A DNA stretch of 64,000 nucleotides from an uncultured Candidatus Rokubacteria bacterium (GTDB taxonomy: Bacteria; Methylomirabilota; Methylomirabilia; Rokubacteriales; DASRDR01). The stretch lies in NCBI GenBank assembly GCA_963805625.1, contig CAWDVE010000017.1, positions 224,001-288,000 on the forward strand, written 5' to 3'. Under the pieces are notes generated by a model. That model was not told the origin of the DNA. It saw only the letters and a list, made by a program, of their open reading frames with translations, and searched no databases. The translations under genes were made by a program, and so were the position numbers. Positions 19,938 through 33,496 of the stretch are shown piece by piece. Positions within the stretch are counted from its first letter, which is position 1. Every line of letters starts with the position of its first letter.

Positions 19938-21248
19938 ATGAACGTCGCGGTGGTCGGGACCGGGTATGTGGGGCTCGTGACGGGGGCGGTCTTCGCCGAC
20001 CTCGGGAACGACGTCGTATGCGTCGACAAGGACGCCGCCAAGATCGAGGGGCTCCGCGCCGGGCGCATGCCGATCTATGAGCCCGGCCTGGAGGAGCTCG
20101 TCGCCCGCAACGTCGCCGACGGCCGGCTCGAGTTCACCACCGACCTGGCCGGCGCCGTGCGCCGCTCGGACATCATCTTCATCGCTGTCGGCACCCCACC
20201 CAAGGCCACGGGCGAGTCCGACCTCACGGCCGTCGAGGAGGTCGCCTACGGGATCGCGCAGGCGCTCGACCGCTACAAGGTCATCGTGAACAAGTCCACG
20301 GTGCCGGTGGGGACGGGTGATCTGGTGCGCACGATCATCGAGCGGACCCGCCCGCGGCCGGTTAACTTCGACGTCGTCTCGAACCCCGAGTTCCTGCGCG
20401 AGGGCTCGGCGATCGAGGACACGCTCCGACCCGACCGGATCGTTGTCGGCGCCCCTAGCCAGCATGTGGCGATGACGCTACTCGAGCTCTACGCACCGCT
20501 CGAGCGGCCGATGATCATCACCGACGTCTACTCGGCCGAGATCATCAAGTACGCGTCGAACGCCTTCCTGGCCGCGAAGATCTCCTTCATCAACGAGATC
20601 GCCAACCTCTGCGAGCTCGCCGGGGGCGACGTCACTCAGGTGGTCAAGGGGATGGGGCTCGACCCGCGGATCGGTGCTGCGTTCCTGAACGCGGGCCTCG
20701 GATACGGGGGCTCGTGCTTCCCGAAGGACACCGACGCCCTCATCCAGACTGCCGCCGGGCTCGGTTACGAGCTCCGCACGCTCCGCGCCGTGGTGGACGT
20801 CAACCGTGAGCGGGTCCAGCGGCTCGTCGCGCTCATCCGGAAGGTCCTCGACCCGCTGGACGGCCGGATCATCGCGGTGCTGGGGCTGGCCTTCAAGCCC
20901 AAGACCGACGACATGCGCGAGGCGCGGAGCGTCGAGCTGATCACGCGCCTGGTCGAGGCGGGGGCACGGGTGCACGTCTACGACCCGGTTGCCATGGATA
21001 ACGCCCGGCGCACCCTGCCGGCGGCCGTCGAGTACTGCCAGTCCTCCTACGAGGCGGCGGAGGGCGCGGACGCCGCCGTCGTCGTGACGGAGTGGAACGA
21101 GTTCAAGCTGCTGAACCTGGAGCGCTTGCGCCAGGTGATGAGGCGCCCGCTCGTCTTCGACGGGCGGAACATCTACGAGCCCGAGCGGATGCGCCGCCTC
21201 GGGTTCGAGTACCACTCGATCGGCCGGAAGCCGGTCTTCCCGGCCTGA
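19938..21248 (+). CDS. ugd: UDP-glucose/GDP-mannose 6-dehydrogenase
   Basis: [32 protein letters not shown]. Confidence 0.95.
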   Translation: MNVAVVGTGYVGLVTGAVFADLGNDVVCVDKDAAKIEGLRAGRMPIYEPGLEELVARNVADGRLEFTTDLAGAVRRSDIIFIAVGTPPKATGESDLTAVEEVAYGIAQALDRYKVIVNKSTVPVGTGDLVRTIIERTRPRPVNFDVVSNPEFLREGSAIEDTLRPDRIVVGAPSQHVAMTLLELYAPLERPMIITDVYSAEIIKYASNAFLAAKISFINEIANLCELAGGDVTQVVKGMGLDPRIGAAFLNAGLGYGGSCFPKDTDALIQTAAGLGYELRTLRAVVDVNRERVQRLVALIRKVLDPLDGRIIAVLGLAFKPKTDDMREARSVELITRLVEAGARVHVYDPVAMDNARRTLPAAVEYCQSSYEAAEGADAAVVVTEWNEFKLLNLERLRQVMRRPLVFDGRNIYEPERMRRLGFEYHSIGRKPVFPA

Positions 21249-21259
21249 GCCACGTCTTC

Positions 21260-22192
21260 ATGCGCGTGCTGGTGACCGGGGGGGCGGGCTTCATCGGCTC
21301 CCACCTGTGCGAGTTCCTCCTCGACAAGGGCGCCGAGGTTCTCTGCCTCGACAACCTCTCGACCGGCGCCAGCGACAACATCGACCGGCTGCGCTCCGAG
21401 CGGTTCCAGTTCATCAAGCTCGATGTCACCAACTACATCTACGTGGCCGGCCCGGTCGACTACGTGCTCCACTTCGCGAGCCCGGCGAGCCCGGTGGACT
21501 ACCAGCTGCTGCCGATCCCGACCCTCAAGGTGGGGGCGCTCGGAACCCACAAGGCGCTCGGTCTCGCCAAGGCCAAGCGGGCGCGGTTCCTTCTCGCGTC
21601 GACCTCGGAGGTCTACGGGGATCCCCTCGTCCACCCGCAGCGGGAGGACTATTGGGGCAACGTGAACCCCGTGGGGCCGCGCGGAGTCTACGACGAGGCC
21701 AAGCGCTTCGCCGAGGCGATGACGATGGCCTACCACCGCTACCACGGCCTCGACACCCGCATCGTCCGGATCTTCAATACGTTCGGGCCCCGCATGCGGC
21801 GGGACGACGGGCGGGCGATTCCGAACTTCATCGACCAGGCGCTGCGCGGGCAGCCCATCACGGTCTACGGCGATGGCTCCCAGACGCGGTCCTTCATGTA
21901 CGTGACGGACCTCGTCGACGGCATCTGGCGCCTGATGGAGTCCGCCGTCCACGACCCCGTCAACATCGGTAACCCGCACGAGATGACGCTCCTCGAGCTC
22001 GCGAAGCGGGTCATCCGTCTAACCGGGAGCGCGAGCTCCATCGTCTTCCAGCCGCTGCCGGTCGACGATCCTAAGATCCGGCAGCCCGACATCACGCGCG
22101 CCCGCACGCTCCTCGGCTGGGAGCCGCGAGTGGACGTGGACGAAGGGCTTCGCCAGACGATCGAATGGTTTCGCCAGGCGCTCGACCGGTAG
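21260..22192 (+). CDS. UDP-glucuronic acid decarboxylase family SDR
   Basis: [31 protein letters not shown]. Confidence 0.92.
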   Translation: MRVLVTGGAGFIGSHLCEFLLDKGAEVLCLDNLSTGASDNIDRLRSERFQFIKLDVTNYIYVAGPVDYVLHFASPASPVDYQLLPIPTLKVGALGTHKALGLAKAKRARFLLASTSEVYGDPLVHPQREDYWGNVNPVGPRGVYDEAKRFAEAMTMAYHRYHGLDTRIVRIFNTFGPRMRRDDGRAIPNFIDQALRGQPITVYGDGSQTRSFMYVTDLVDGIWRLMESAVHDPVNIGNPHEMTLLELAKRVIRLTGSASSIVFQPLPVDDPKIRQPDITRARTLLGWEPRVDVDEGLRQTIEWFRQALDR

Positions 22193-22220
22193 CCGGCGGG
22201 CCTTCCGGGGAGGCATCGCG

Positions 22221-22403
22221 ATGATCGACGACGAGCTCAAGGCCATCCTGGTCTGTCCCGCGTGCAAGGGCGACCTCCTCTTCGAGGAGACTCGCATCGT
22301 CTGCCCCGCGTGCCGGAAGGCCTATCCCATCCGCGACGACATCCCGGTGATGCTGGTCAGCGAGGCGGCCGACTGGGCGCCGTCGGGCCCGAGTCACCCC
22401 TGA
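22221..22403 (+). CDS. Trm112 family protein
   Basis: ILVCPACKGDL...CPAC..AYPIRDDIPVML; GGAGG SD. Confidence 0.9.
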   Translation: MIDDELKAILVCPACKGDLLFEETRIVCPACRKAYPIRDDIPVMLVSEAADWAPSGPSHP

Positions 22404-22419
22404 CCGCCCGGGGCCACGG

Positions 22420-23496
22420 GTGACCGTCCAGGCCGTCATCCTGGCCGGGGGCCTGGGGACCCGGCTCAGGCCGTTGACCCTCGAGCGGCCGAAGCCGGTC
22501 GTCCCGCTGCTGAACGTGCCGTTCCTCTCCTACCAGCTCGGGCTGCTCGGCGCCCACGGCGTGCGGGACGTGATCCTGTCCATCTCGCACCGAGCCGAGG
22601 TGATCCGGGAGATCATGGCCCAGGAGCACCTCGGGGAAGTCCGGCTGCGGGACGTCGTCGAGCGGGACCCGCTCGGCACGGCGGGCGGCGTGCGGAACGC
22701 CGCCGACCTCGTCGACGGGCGCGTGGTCGTCATGAACGGGGACGTGCTCACGGAGCTTGACCTCACCGCGATGCTCCGGGCGCACGAGGCCCGCGGTGCG
22801 GCGGCGACGATCTATCTCATGCCCGTCGAGAACCCCACCGCCTACGGCCTCGTCGAGCTCGAGCCCGACGGCCGCGTGCATCGCTTCCTGGAGAAGCCAG
22901 GCTGGGAAGAGGTCACGACGAACACCGTCAACGCGGGCGTCTACGTGCTCGAGCGGGAGCTTCTCGAGTGGATCCCCAAGGGGGAGGCATACTCGATGGA
23001 GCGCGAGTTCTTTCCGCTGCTTCTCGAGCGGGGCGTGCCCTTCTACGGCTTCGTCTCGCCGGGGTACTGGGTCGACATCGGCACCCCCGCCAAGTACTTC
23101 CAGGCGCAGCAGGACCTCCTGGCGCGCCGCTTCCGGGCCCACGTGGAGCCGCAAGGACGCGAGGGTCCCGAGGGATGGATCCACCCGACGGCGACCATCG
23201 CCTCGTCGGCGCGGGTTCGGGGGCCCGTGGTGATCGGCGCCGGCTGCCGGGTCGAGGCGGGCACGGCGGTGGGCCCGAGCGTCGTCCTCGGCGCCGGCTG
23301 CCGGATCGGGGCGGGGGCCCAGCTTGACACGTCGGTGCTGTGGGAGGAGGTCGAGGTCGGGGAGGCCGCCCGGCTCACGGGGTGTCTCGTCGGGCGGGGC
23401 GTGTCGATCGGCGCCTACGCCCGCGTTACGCCCGGCGCCGTCCTGGGCGACGGCACGCGCCTCGGCGACTACTCCCGCCTCGCCGGGGACCCCTGA
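22420..23496 (+). CDS. NDP-sugar pyrophosphorylase (mannose-1-phosphate guanylyltransferase-like)
   Basis: ILAGGLGTRLRPLT..RPKP, PLGTAG, C-terminal hexapeptide repeats. Confidence 0.9.
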   Translation: MTVQAVILAGGLGTRLRPLTLERPKPVVPLLNVPFLSYQLGLLGAHGVRDVILSISHRAEVIREIMAQEHLGEVRLRDVVERDPLGTAGGVRNAADLVDGRVVVMNGDVLTELDLTAMLRAHEARGAAATIYLMPVENPTAYGLVELEPDGRVHRFLEKPGWEEVTTNTVNAGVYVLERELLEWIPKGEAYSMEREFFPLLLERGVPFYGFVSPGYWVDIGTPAKYFQAQQDLLARRFRAHVEPQGREGPEGWIHPTATIASSARVRGPVVIGAGCRVEAGTAVGPSVVLGAGCRIGAGAQLDTSVLWEEVEVGEAARLTGCLVGRGVSIGAYARVTPGAVLGDGTRLGDYSRLAGDP

Positions 23497-24927
23497 GTGC
23501 CGGCGGAGGGGCAGACTCCTCCCATCCGGTTCGGGACGGACGGGTGGCGGGGCGTCATCGCGGACGACTTCACCGAGGCGAACGTCGCGACGGTCGTCCA
23601 GGCCGCCGCGACCACGTGGACCGAAGAGGCGGGAGGCCTCGCGCACCCGCTCGTGGTGGGCTACGACACCCGCTTCAACTCCCGTCCGGTCGCGCATTTC
23701 GCCGCGGACATTCTCGCGGCGAACGGCTGGCGGGTCCTCCTGGCCGACCGGCCGGTGCCGACCCCCGTCGTCTCCTACAGCGTAATCGCCCGGGGGGCGG
23801 CCGGCGGTCTCGTCGTGACGGCGAGCCACAACCCGGCCCGCTTCAACGGGATCAAGCTCAAGGGCTCGTTCGGGGGCTCCGCCACGCCGGAGTTCACGGC
23901 GCGCGTGGAGGCGGCCCTCGGCCGGATCCCGCCCCGCCGGACCCCGGCCGCCGGAGGCGGCCGCGTCGAGACGGTCGACCTCCTGCCCGACTACCTCGAG
24001 CGGCTGCGGAGCCGCATCGCCGTCGACCGCCGCCCGGCCCGGCCCCTTCGCATCGTGGCGGATGCCCTCCACGGCGCGACGGACGGGCTCATGAAGGCGC
24101 TGGTGCCAGCCGCGTGGGGCGAGGTCCGGATCCTCCACGGCGCGCCTGACCCGCTCTTCGGCGGGCTCCATCCCGAACCGATCCCGCCGCACCTCGACGA
24201 GCTCGCCGCCGACGTGCGGGCGAGCGGGGCCGACCTCGGGCTCGCGATGGACGGGGATGGCGACCGGCTCGGCGCGGTGACGGGACAGGGGCGCTACGTC
24301 ACGCCCCACGAGGTCCTCACCCTCCTCGTACGTCACCTCGTCCGGGTCCGCGGGTGGCGCGGCGACGTCGCGAAGGGCTTCGCCATGGGCGTGCAGGTCG
24401 ACCGGCTGTGCGCGCGTCTCGGGCTCACGCTCCACGTCACGCCCATCGGATTCAAGCACATCGCAGGCCTTATGCGCACCCGTGATATCCTGATTGGTGG
24501 CGAGGAATCGGGCGGAATGGGGTTCCGGGACCACCTGCCCGAGCGTGATGGTCTCCTGTCGGCCTTGCTCGTCCTGGAAGCGGTCGTGGCCTCCGGCGGC
24601 ACCCTCGACGCGCTCCTGCGGGACCTGGAAGCCGAGGTCGGCGCCGCGGCCTACCGGCGGCGCGACTACACCCTCTCCCCGGATCGGGGGCGCGTCCTCG
24701 TCGCGGCGCTGGACGCTGCTCCCCCGGAGCGGATCGGCAATCGGCCGGTGACGCGGCGCGAGACACTGGATGGGCGGAAGTACTGGCTCGGGGACGGGGC
24801 GTGGGTGCTGATCCGGCCGTCGGGGACGGAGCCGGTGCTCCGCGTCTACGTGGAGGCGGAAACAGCGGTGGAGGTCGACCAGTTGCACGCGGCCGCCGAG
24901 GCGCTGGTGGGCCGACACACATCGTGA
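23497..24927 (+). CDS. Phosphoglucomutase/phosphomannomutase
   Basis: [34 protein letters not shown]. Confidence 0.94.
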   Translation: MPAEGQTPPIRFGTDGWRGVIADDFTEANVATVVQAAATTWTEEAGGLAHPLVVGYDTRFNSRPVAHFAADILAANGWRVLLADRPVPTPVVSYSVIARGAAGGLVVTASHNPARFNGIKLKGSFGGSATPEFTARVEAALGRIPPRRTPAAGGGRVETVDLLPDYLERLRSRIAVDRRPARPLRIVADALHGATDGLMKALVPAAWGEVRILHGAPDPLFGGLHPEPIPPHLDELAADVRASGADLGLAMDGDGDRLGAVTGQGRYVTPHEVLTLLVRHLVRVRGWRGDVAKGFAMGVQVDRLCARLGLTLHVTPIGFKHIAGLMRTRDILIGGEESGGMGFRDHLPERDGLLSALLVLEAVVASGGTLDALLRDLEAEVGAAAYRRRDYTLSPDRGRVLVAALDAAPPERIGNRPVTRRETLDGRKYWLGDGAWVLIRPSGTEPVLRVYVEAETAVEVDQLHAAAEALVGRHTS

Positions 24928-24946
24928 TGAGCTCGACGAGCCAGCC

Positions 24947-26740
<1,794 letters not shown>

Positions 26741-26751
26741 GGCGCGCCGCG

Positions 26752-27393
26752 ATGACACAGCCGGTCAACCACACGTCCCCAGAAGATGTCCCACGGGAGA
26801 TCGTCAAGGTGCGGAAGAAGTCCGTCCTCCGCGAGTACACCGAGGCGATTCTCGTCGCGGTGCTGCTCGCGCTGCTCATCCGGACGTTCGTCGTTCAGGC
26901 GTTCAAGATCCCCTCCGGCTCGATGATCCCGACCCTCCTGGTGGGCGATCACATCCTGGTCAACAAGTTCGTCTACCGGTTCACGGCTCCGAAGCGGGGC
27001 GACGTCATCGTCTTCAAGTACCCGGTGGACGAGTCGCGCGACTTCATCAAGCGGATCATCGCGGTCGGCGGCGAGGACCTTAACATCAAGGACCAGAAGA
27101 TCTACGTGAACTGCAAGCCCCCGGAGCCGAGCTGCCGCCCGATCGACGACCCGTGGGGGAAGTGGGAGGAGCGCTTCGGCGTCAGCGAGAGCACGTCGGT
27201 GAAGGTGCCGCCGGACTCCTACTTCGTGATGGGCGACAACCGGAACAACAGCCAGGACAGCCGCTACTGGGGCTTCGTCAAGCGCGACAAGATCAAGGGC
27301 CGAGCCTTCCTCATTTATTGGTCCTGGGACTCGGAGAAAGACTCCATCCCGGAGCGTGTCCGGTGGAGCCGGCTGGGCAAGCTCATCTACTAG
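26752..27393 (+). CDS. lepB: Signal peptidase I
   Basis: IPSGSMIPTL, FIKRII, GDNRNNSQDSRYWG; follows lepA. Confidence 0.96.
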   Translation: MTQPVNHTSPEDVPREIVKVRKKSVLREYTEAILVAVLLALLIRTFVVQAFKIPSGSMIPTLLVGDHILVNKFVYRFTAPKRGDVIVFKYPVDESRDFIKRIIAVGGEDLNIKDQKIYVNCKPPEPSCRPIDDPWGKWEERFGVSESTSVKVPPDSYFVMGDNRNNSQDSRYWGFVKRDKIKGRAFLIYWSWDSEKDSIPERVRWSRLGKLIY

Positions 27394-28571
27394 CGCCGCC
27401 GGGGGGCAGCGCTTTCCCGAAGCCCGAGCTGCTGGCGGGCCCGACCGGCGAGCGGTTCGGCATCTACGTCCACTGCCCGTACTGCCGAACGAAGTGCCCC
27501 TACTGCGACTTCAACGTCGCAATTCACCGCGAGGACCGGATCGCCCCGTTCGTGGCCGGCCTCCGCGCGGAGCTCGCGCGCTACGCGGCGCTGCCCTGGG
27601 CCGACCGGGTGCCGGCGGGGAGCCTGTTCCTCGGTGGTGGCACGCCGTCCCTCCTGCCGGCCGAGGCGGTCGCGGCCGTGCTGGCCGACGCCCGGCAGGG
27701 GCTCGGGCTCGCGCCGGACGCCGAGGTCACGCTCGAGGCCAATCCCGAGGGGCTCGACGCCGACCGCCTGCGCGCGTTCCGCGCGGCCGGGGTGACGCGC
27801 CTGTCGCTCGGCGTCCAGGCCCTCGACGACGCGCTCCTCCGGCGCCTCGGGCGCACCCACTCCGCGGCTGACGCGGCCGCCGCCTATCGCGCGGCGCGTG
27901 CGGCGGGATTCGACGACGTCAGCGTCGACCTCCTCTACGCATGTCCCGACCAGGACCTGGCGACCTGGGTGCGGACGCTCGACGAGGCGCTCGCCTGGGC
28001 GCCGGAGCACCTCTCCGCCTACGCCCTCACGCTCGAGGCCGCCACCCCGTTCGGCCGGCGCCCACCCGCGGGGCTGCCCGACGAGGATCTCCAGGTGGCC
28101 CAGTTCGACGTGCTGGTCGAGCGCGCCGCGCAAGCGGGCCTCGAGCGGTACGAAGTATCGAACTTCGCCCGGTCGGGCCATCGCTCCCGCCACAATCTCG
28201 GCTACTGGCGCCGGGAGGACTACATCGGGCTCGGCCCCGGCGCCCACGGGGCCTTTGGCGCGCTCCGTTACTGGACGCAGCGCTCCGAGCCCCGCTGGCG
28301 GGCCGCGGTGCTCGCGGGGGACTGGGGGATCGAGGGCTGGGAGCGGCTGTCCGAGCGGCAGGTCTCGGCCGAGCGCCTGGTTCTCGGGCTTCGTCTGGCG
28401 GAAGGCATTCCGCTCACGTGGCTCGAGCGCCACCTTGGCGGCCCGGGCGAGGGGCAGGCCGGAATCGCCCGCTACCTGGCGGCGGGCGTGATGGCGGTCC
28501 GGGACGGGCGGATCATGCTCACGGACCGGGGCGTCCTCCTGTCGGACACGATCTTCGCCGAGCTGGTCTGA
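27363..28571 (+). CDS. hemW: Radical SAM heme chaperone HemW (HemN-like)
   Basis: IYVHCPYCRTKCPYCDF, GGGTPS, YEVSNFA, HNLGYW; GTG 27363 with GGAG upstream, start tentative. Confidence 0.9.
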   Translation: MEPAGQAHLLAPPGGSAFPKPELLAGPTGERFGIYVHCPYCRTKCPYCDFNVAIHREDRIAPFVAGLRAELARYAALPWADRVPAGSLFLGGGTPSLLPAEAVAAVLADARQGLGLAPDAEVTLEANPEGLDADRLRAFRAAGVTRLSLGVQALDDALLRRLGRTHSAADAAAAYRAARAAGFDDVSVDLLYACPDQDLATWVRTLDEALAWAPEHLSAYALTLEAATPFGRRPPAGLPDEDLQVAQFDVLVERAAQAGLERYEVSNFARSGHRSRHNLGYWRREDYIGLGPGAHGAFGALRYWTQRSEPRWRAAVLAGDWGIEGWERLSERQVSAERLVLGLRLAEGIPLTWLERHLGGPGEGQAGIARYLAAGVMAVRDGRIMLTDRGVLLSDTIFAELV

Positions 28572-28619
28572 TCGCTCCCGCGCCGTTCGCCCGCCCGGCG
28601 CCGCCGCCCGGGCGGAGGG

Positions 28620-29576
28620 TCATCTTGCCTCGCGGACGTGCGGGCGGACGTCCGCGGCGAACCGCTCCATGGCCTCTATCATCCGAGGGGGCGACGGCAC
28701 GGAGAAGTCCAGGACGAAGTGCCGGGCGCCCGCCGCCACGTAGGCCTGGAGGTCCTCGATGAGCTGGGCGGGGGAGCCGGTCAGGGGGGCGCGGTCCCGC
28801 CCCTGGGCCTCCCGGAACGCGAACGGGGCCTTGAACGCGATGACGATCTCCGCCGGGTCGCGGCCAGCCGCGGACGCGAGCTCCCCGAGCCGCCGGGCGC
28901 GCGACGCCAGCTCATCGGGGTGGAGCATGACGGGCGGGCGGAGCCCGAGCGGGTGCCAGCCGTCGGCGACCTCCACGACGCGCCGGAGGGCGGCGTCGCT
29001 GTGCCCGCCGATCCAGATCGGGATGTGAGGCTGCTGGACCGGTTGCGGCCGTACGCCCCCGGCCTCGCGGACCCGCCAGAATCGCCCCTCGAATGTGACG
29101 CGCGGCCGGGTCCAGATCTCCCGCATGAGCCGGAGCGCCTCGACGGTGCGGGCGGCGCGGTCCTCGAAGGGCACGCCGAGGGCTTCGAACTCCTCCCGCC
29201 ACCAGCCGATGCCCGCGCCGAGGATCACGCGCCCGCCCGAGAGATAGTCCGCCGTGGCGAGCGCCCGCGCCGTGAACACGGGATTCCGGTAGGGGATGAC
29301 GAGGACGCTCGTGCCCACGCGGATCCGCCGGGTGACGCTGGCGACGTACGTCACCGCGGTGAGGGCTTCGAGCCAGGGCTCGTCCGGCCCCAGCGGGAAG
29401 GCGCCCGTGGCGGAGTAGGGATAGGCCGCCGTGCCGGCGACCGGGATGAGCATGCGGTCGGTGACGAACACCGAGTCGTAGCCGAGCGCCTCGGCGCGCC
29501 GCGCCAGCGCGGTGATCGCCCCGCGGTCCGCCAGCGCGCCGCGCCCCGTCAGCGAGAACCCAAACCTGATGGTCAT
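28620..29576 (-). CDS. LLM-class (F420-dependent-like) oxidoreductase
   Basis: AEALGYDSVFV, GTSVLVIPYRNP, SGGRVILGAGIGW, IPIWIGG. Confidence 0.9.
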   Translation of the reverse strand: MTIRFGFSLTGRGALADRGAITALARRAEALGYDSVFVTDRMLIPVAGTAAYPYSATGAFPLGPDEPWLEALTAVTYVASVTRRIRVGTSVLVIPYRNPVFTARALATADYLSGGRVILGAGIGWWREEFEALGVPFEDRAARTVEALRLMREIWTRPRVTFEGRFWRVREAGGVRPQPVQQPHIPIWIGGHSDAALRRVVEVADGWHPLGLRPPVMLHPDELASRARRLGELASAAGRDPAEIVIAFKAPFAFREAQGRDRAPLTGSPAQLIEDLQAYVAAGARHFVLDFSVPSPPRMIEAMERFAADVRPHVREAR

Positions 29577-29662
29577 CCCGTGAACCTCCGCTCCGACGGT
29601 TTTAGGGGACGCGTGTGACACTGTCAATCGCCGCTCCCGCTGACCGCGCGGATCTCTCAGCC

Positions 29663-29691
29663 TTGACAACCCCGCGTGGTGCCTAGATATT
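29663..29691 (+). promoter_or_regulatory. Putative sigma70 promoter for hrcA-grpE-dnaJ
   Basis: Perfect TTGACA followed by AT-rich TAGATATT. Confidence 0.45.
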
Positions 29692-29753
29692 TGCCATCAT
29701 GAGCCGCTTCAGCCAGATGCGACCGTCCATTCGCTGACACACACAGGAGTGCA

Positions 29754-30806
29754 ATGACCACCGGCGAGCTGAGCGAACGCGCACGGCAGGTCCTCCAGGC
29801 CCTGCTGTTCGAGTACACCGTCACCGCGGAGCCCGTCGGGTCCCGCCAGGTGGCGAAGAAGCACGCGCTCGGCCTCTCCCCGGCCACGATCCGGAACACG
29901 ATGGCCGATCTCGAGGAGATGGGCTACCTCGCCCAGCCGCACACCTCGGCGGGGCGCGTGCCGACGGACAAGGCCTACCGGTACTACGTCGACAGCCTGA
30001 TGGGCCGGACCGAGATCGGGCGTCCGGACGCGCATCGGCTTCAGCGCCAGGTCTCGGGCACGCGGAGCGAGATCGACGACCTCATGGAGGCGACGTCGGC
30101 CCAGCTCTCCGAGCTCTCCCATTACGCCGCCGTCATCCTGGCGCCACCGCTCCAGCACACCCGGCTCGAACGGGTCGACCTCATCCCGGTCGAGGGGGAC
30201 CGCACCATCGTCGTCCTGGCGACCGAGACGGGATGGGGGATGAGCCGCATTCTCGCGTTCGAGGAGCCGGTGCCGCGGAGCGAGGTGCGCGAGGTTGCGC
30301 GGCTCCTCACCGAGCGATACGCGGGGCTTACGTTCCAGGAGATCCGGAGCCGGGTGGCCGAGGCGGGCGCCCCACCCGAGGCCGAGCGCGCGCTTCGCGT
30401 CGCCGTCTACGTGGCGCGCAAGGTGTTCCAGTCCCTCTGGGACCGGAACCTCTACGTCGGCGGTGCGATGAACATGCTGGACCAGCCCGAGTTCGGCATC
30501 GGCACGATGCGGGCCCTCCTCAAGACGTTCGAGGAGAAGCGCCAGCTGATCGAGCTCCTGACGACGCGCGCGCAGACATCGGGCGACGTCCAGGTGGTGA
30601 TCGGATCGGAGATGCCCTTCCAGGAGATGCAGGAGACCAGCCTGGTGGCGGCCTCCTACCGGTTCCACGACCGCGTGCTGGGCGTCCTCGGCATCGTGGG
30701 CCCGCGGCGCATGCCCTACGCCAAGATCGTGCCGCTCGTCGAGTACACGGCGCGTTTGGTATCCAGGCGCCTCACGCGGCTCGGCGGCGTGTCGCCGCTC
30801 GGATAG
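29754..30806 (+). CDS. hrcA: Heat-inducible transcription repressor HrcA
   Basis: EPVGSR, SPATIRNTMADLE, PHTSAGRVPTDKAYRYYVD, GPRRMPY. Confidence 0.97.
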   Translation: MTTGELSERARQVLQALLFEYTVTAEPVGSRQVAKKHALGLSPATIRNTMADLEEMGYLAQPHTSAGRVPTDKAYRYYVDSLMGRTEIGRPDAHRLQRQVSGTRSEIDDLMEATSAQLSELSHYAAVILAPPLQHTRLERVDLIPVEGDRTIVVLATETGWGMSRILAFEEPVPRSEVREVARLLTERYAGLTFQEIRSRVAEAGAPPEAERALRVAVYVARKVFQSLWDRNLYVGGAMNMLDQPEFGIGTMRALLKTFEEKRQLIELLTTRAQTSGDVQVVIGSEMPFQEMQETSLVAASYRFHDRVLGVLGIVGPRRMPYAKIVPLVEYTARLVSRRLTRLGGVSPLG

Positions 30807-30809
30807 GAC

Positions 30810-31388
30810 ATGGCGAACGATCGGTGGCCGGGGGCGGGCGATGCCGCCCGGGGCGAGTGGGACGCCGAGACTGACGCGCCGGGCCGCGGGGAGGAGAGCC
30901 TCGAGGCGCTCCGGACCGAGCGGGACGCCCGGGCGCGGGAAGCGGCCGAGACGCAGGAGCGCTATCTCCGCACGCTCGCCGACTTCGAGAACTTCCGCCG
31001 GCGAACCGGCCGGGAGCGGGAGGACTGGCGGCGTCAGGCTCAGGAGATGCTGCTCCGGGAGATCCTGCCGGCCCTCGACAACTTCGACCGGGCGCTAGCC
31101 GTCCCCCCGGCGCCGGGCGCCGACCCGGCCTTCCGGACCGGTGTCGAGCTCATCCACCGGGACTTCCTGGCGGCGCTCGAGCGGCTGGGCGTGAGACCGT
31201 TCGTCGCCGTCGGCCAGCCCTTCGACCCGACGCGCCACGAGGCGGTGAGCCGTGTGGAGCGCGCCGACGTGGACGACCATACGGTCGTCGCGGAGCCCCT
31301 CCGCGGCTACCTGTTCCAGGAGCGGGTGCTCCGGCCCGCCCAGGTCGTCGTGGCCGTTCACCCGCCCGGCGCCGAGGGCGCGGCCTGA
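30810..31388 (+). CDS. grpE: Nucleotide exchange factor GrpE
   Basis: [27 protein letters not shown]...[10 protein letters not shown]. Confidence 0.96.
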   Translation: MANDRWPGAGDAARGEWDAETDAPGRGEESLEALRTERDARAREAAETQERYLRTLADFENFRRRTGREREDWRRQAQEMLLREILPALDNFDRALAVPPAPGADPAFRTGVELIHRDFLAALERLGVRPFVAVGQPFDPTRHEAVSRVERADVDDHTVVAEPLRGYLFQERVLRPAQVVVAVHPPGAEGAA

Positions 31389-31437
31389 CCGGTCACGGCC
31401 GGCGCTGCCCGGCCGCCGCGACGCTCCGCCGATAGCC

Positions 31438-32538
31438 ATGGCCCAGCGCGACTACTACGAGATCCTGGGCGTCCAGCGGGACGCGAGCGACGCGGAGATC
31501 AAGAAGGCGTTCCGGCAGCTCGCGCTCAAGCACCATCCCGATCGGAACCCGGGCGATGCCCACGCCGAGGAGCGGTTCAAGGTCATCAACGAGGCCTACG
31601 CGGTCCTCTCGGACGGGGACCGTCGCGCCCAGTACGACCGCTACGGCCGGGTCGACCTCCCGCCGGGCGGGGCGGACTTCGGCGGGCTCGAAGACCTCTT
31701 CGGGGACCTCTTCGAGGGTTTCTTCGGCGGCCAGCGCGGAGGGCGACGCGGTCGCGCGCGGTCGGGAGACGACCTCCGCTACGACCTCGAGATCACGCTC
31801 GAAGAGGCGGCGCAGGGGCTCGAGACGCGGCTACAGATCCCGCGGCTCGAGGTCTGCGAGACCTGCCACGGGAGCGGGGCGGAGCCGGGATCGGGGCGGA
31901 CCCAGTGCCCCAACTGCAAGGGGCGCGGCCAGCTGCGCTACCAGCAGGGCTTTCTCACGGTCGCCCGTACCTGTGCCCAGTGCGGCGGCGAGGGCCAGAT
32001 CATCAAGAGCCCATGCAAGACCTGCTCAGGCGAGGGCCGCGTGGCGCAGGAGCGGACCCTCAAGGTGCGCATCCCGCCCGGTGTCGACGAGGGCGCCCAG
32101 ATGCGCATCGCGGGCGAGGGGGAAGGGGGCCTGGCCGGCGGCCCGGCGGGCGATCTCTATGTCGTCCTCCACGTGCGCCAGCACGCCTTCTTCACGCGCC
32201 AGGGCAACGAGCTCTACTGTGCGCTCCCGCTCACCTTCGCCCAGGCTGCCCTCGGGGCGGAGGTGGACGTGCCGATCCTGAATGGCGTCGCGCAGCTCAA
32301 GGTGCCGGCCGGCAGCCAGAACGGCGACGTGCTGCGGCTGCGCGGAAAGGGAATGCCCGGCCTCCACGGGCGCGGCCGCGGGGACGCGTGCTACACCGTG
32401 GTGGTGGAGGTTCCGCGGAAGCTCACCGGGAAGCAGCGGGAGCTTCTCGAGGAGTACCAGCGCATCTCCTCCGGCGAGGAGCAGGGCCCGCTCGTCGGCG
32501 GCTTCCTCGAATCGCTGAAGAAGCTCTTCGGCGGCTGA
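31438..32538 (+). CDS. dnaJ: Chaperone DnaJ
   Basis: J-domain HPD, G/F region, four CxxCxGxG motifs. Confidence 0.97.
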   Translation: MAQRDYYEILGVQRDASDAEIKKAFRQLALKHHPDRNPGDAHAEERFKVINEAYAVLSDGDRRAQYDRYGRVDLPPGGADFGGLEDLFGDLFEGFFGGQRGGRRGRARSGDDLRYDLEITLEEAAQGLETRLQIPRLEVCETCHGSGAEPGSGRTQCPNCKGRGQLRYQQGFLTVARTCAQCGGEGQIIKSPCKTCSGEGRVAQERTLKVRIPPGVDEGAQMRIAGEGEGGLAGGPAGDLYVVLHVRQHAFFTRQGNELYCALPLTFAQAALGAEVDVPILNGVAQLKVPAGSQNGDVLRLRGKGMPGLHGRGRGDACYTVVVEVPRKLTGKQRELLEEYQRISSGEEQGPLVGGFLESLKKLFGG

Positions 32539-32689
32539 GCGGAAACGGCCCATCGGCCGTGGACGGCCGGTCGCCCTGCAAACGCCGCCTCGGTGCCGGC
32601 GGTGGTGGATCTCGACCGGAGCGGGCTCGGCGAGGTCGCCGCCGTCTGTGGAGGAACGTGCGTCGCGCCGCCAAGCCCTGCTCGAGGCC

Positions 32690-32719
32690 TTGACAGTTGG
32701 CGCGATGCCTTCGTAGCCT
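32690..32719 (+). promoter_or_regulatory. Putative sigma70 promoter at the start of the island
   Basis: TTGACA-N18-TAGCCT. Confidence 0.4.
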
Positions 32720-32767
32720 GCGGACTGTGAGCACGACAACTACCGGTGGCAACTTCTAGAGGTGCGC

Positions 32768-33463
32768 ATGCCCCCGGCGATGATCAGCGTCGTCATTCCC
32801 GTGTACAACGCCGAGTCGTACCTGGCCCAGGCGCTGGAGAGCGTGGCGCGTCAGACATGCACGACGATCGAGATCCTGGTCATAGACGACGGCTCGACAG
32901 ACCGCAGCGAAGAGGTAGCACAAGGCTATCCAGATTCGCGCATCCGCGTTGTCCGTCAACCGAACGGCGGCCCTGCCGCCGCCCGGAATCACGGCGTCCG
33001 CCTTGCACGTGGCGACTTTCTGGCCTTCCTGGACGCCGATGACCTCTGGGAGCCGCTCAAGCTGGAAGTGCAGTTGGAGGCACTGCGGGCGCGTCCGGAC
33101 GCGGCGATGGCGTTCGGGGAGCTGATTCAGGTTCGGGACGCAGTCGATCCGCGGACCGGTGAGCTCACCCCGTGCGGCGACGCGATGCGCGCACATTCGG
33201 TGGGGACGCTTCTCATTGGCGCCGCGGACTTCCACCGGGTCGGATACTTCGACACGCGATGGCGGGTGGGTGAGTTCGTCGACTGGTACGCGCGCGCGCG
33301 AGACCTGGGCCTCCAAGAGGTAATGGTGCCCCGGGTGCTTCTCAAACGGCGCCTGCACGCTGACAACCTCGGTGTGCGTGAACGCGCGGCGCGGCAGGAG
33401 TACGCGCGGGTGATCGCTTCCGCCGTGGTGCGCCGGCGCCATCCCGCCGCTTCCGGTGGTTGA
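32768..33463 (+). CDS. Glycosyltransferase family 2
   Basis: ISVVIPVYNA, IDDGSTD, AARNHG, FLDADD. Confidence 0.92.
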   Translation: MPPAMISVVIPVYNAESYLAQALESVARQTCTTIEILVIDDGSTDRSEEVAQGYPDSRIRVVRQPNGGPAAARNHGVRLARGDFLAFLDADDLWEPLKLEVQLEALRARPDAAMAFGELIQVRDAVDPRTGELTPCGDAMRAHSVGTLLIGAADFHRVGYFDTRWRVGEFVDWYARARDLGLQEVMVPRVLLKRRLHADNLGVRERAARQEYARVIASAVVRRRHPAASGG

Positions 33464-33496
33464 CTCTCGAACACGCCGTCTTCCGGGGCTTGCTCA

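Noticed and set aside
27393-27470. hemW lacking a start codon
   Set aside because: An in-frame GTG at 27363 with a GGAG SD, overlapping the end of lepB, is a plausible start.
29729-29755. Full CIRCE operator before hrcA
   Set aside because: Only the right half-site resembles the consensus; no left arm at 9-bp spacing.
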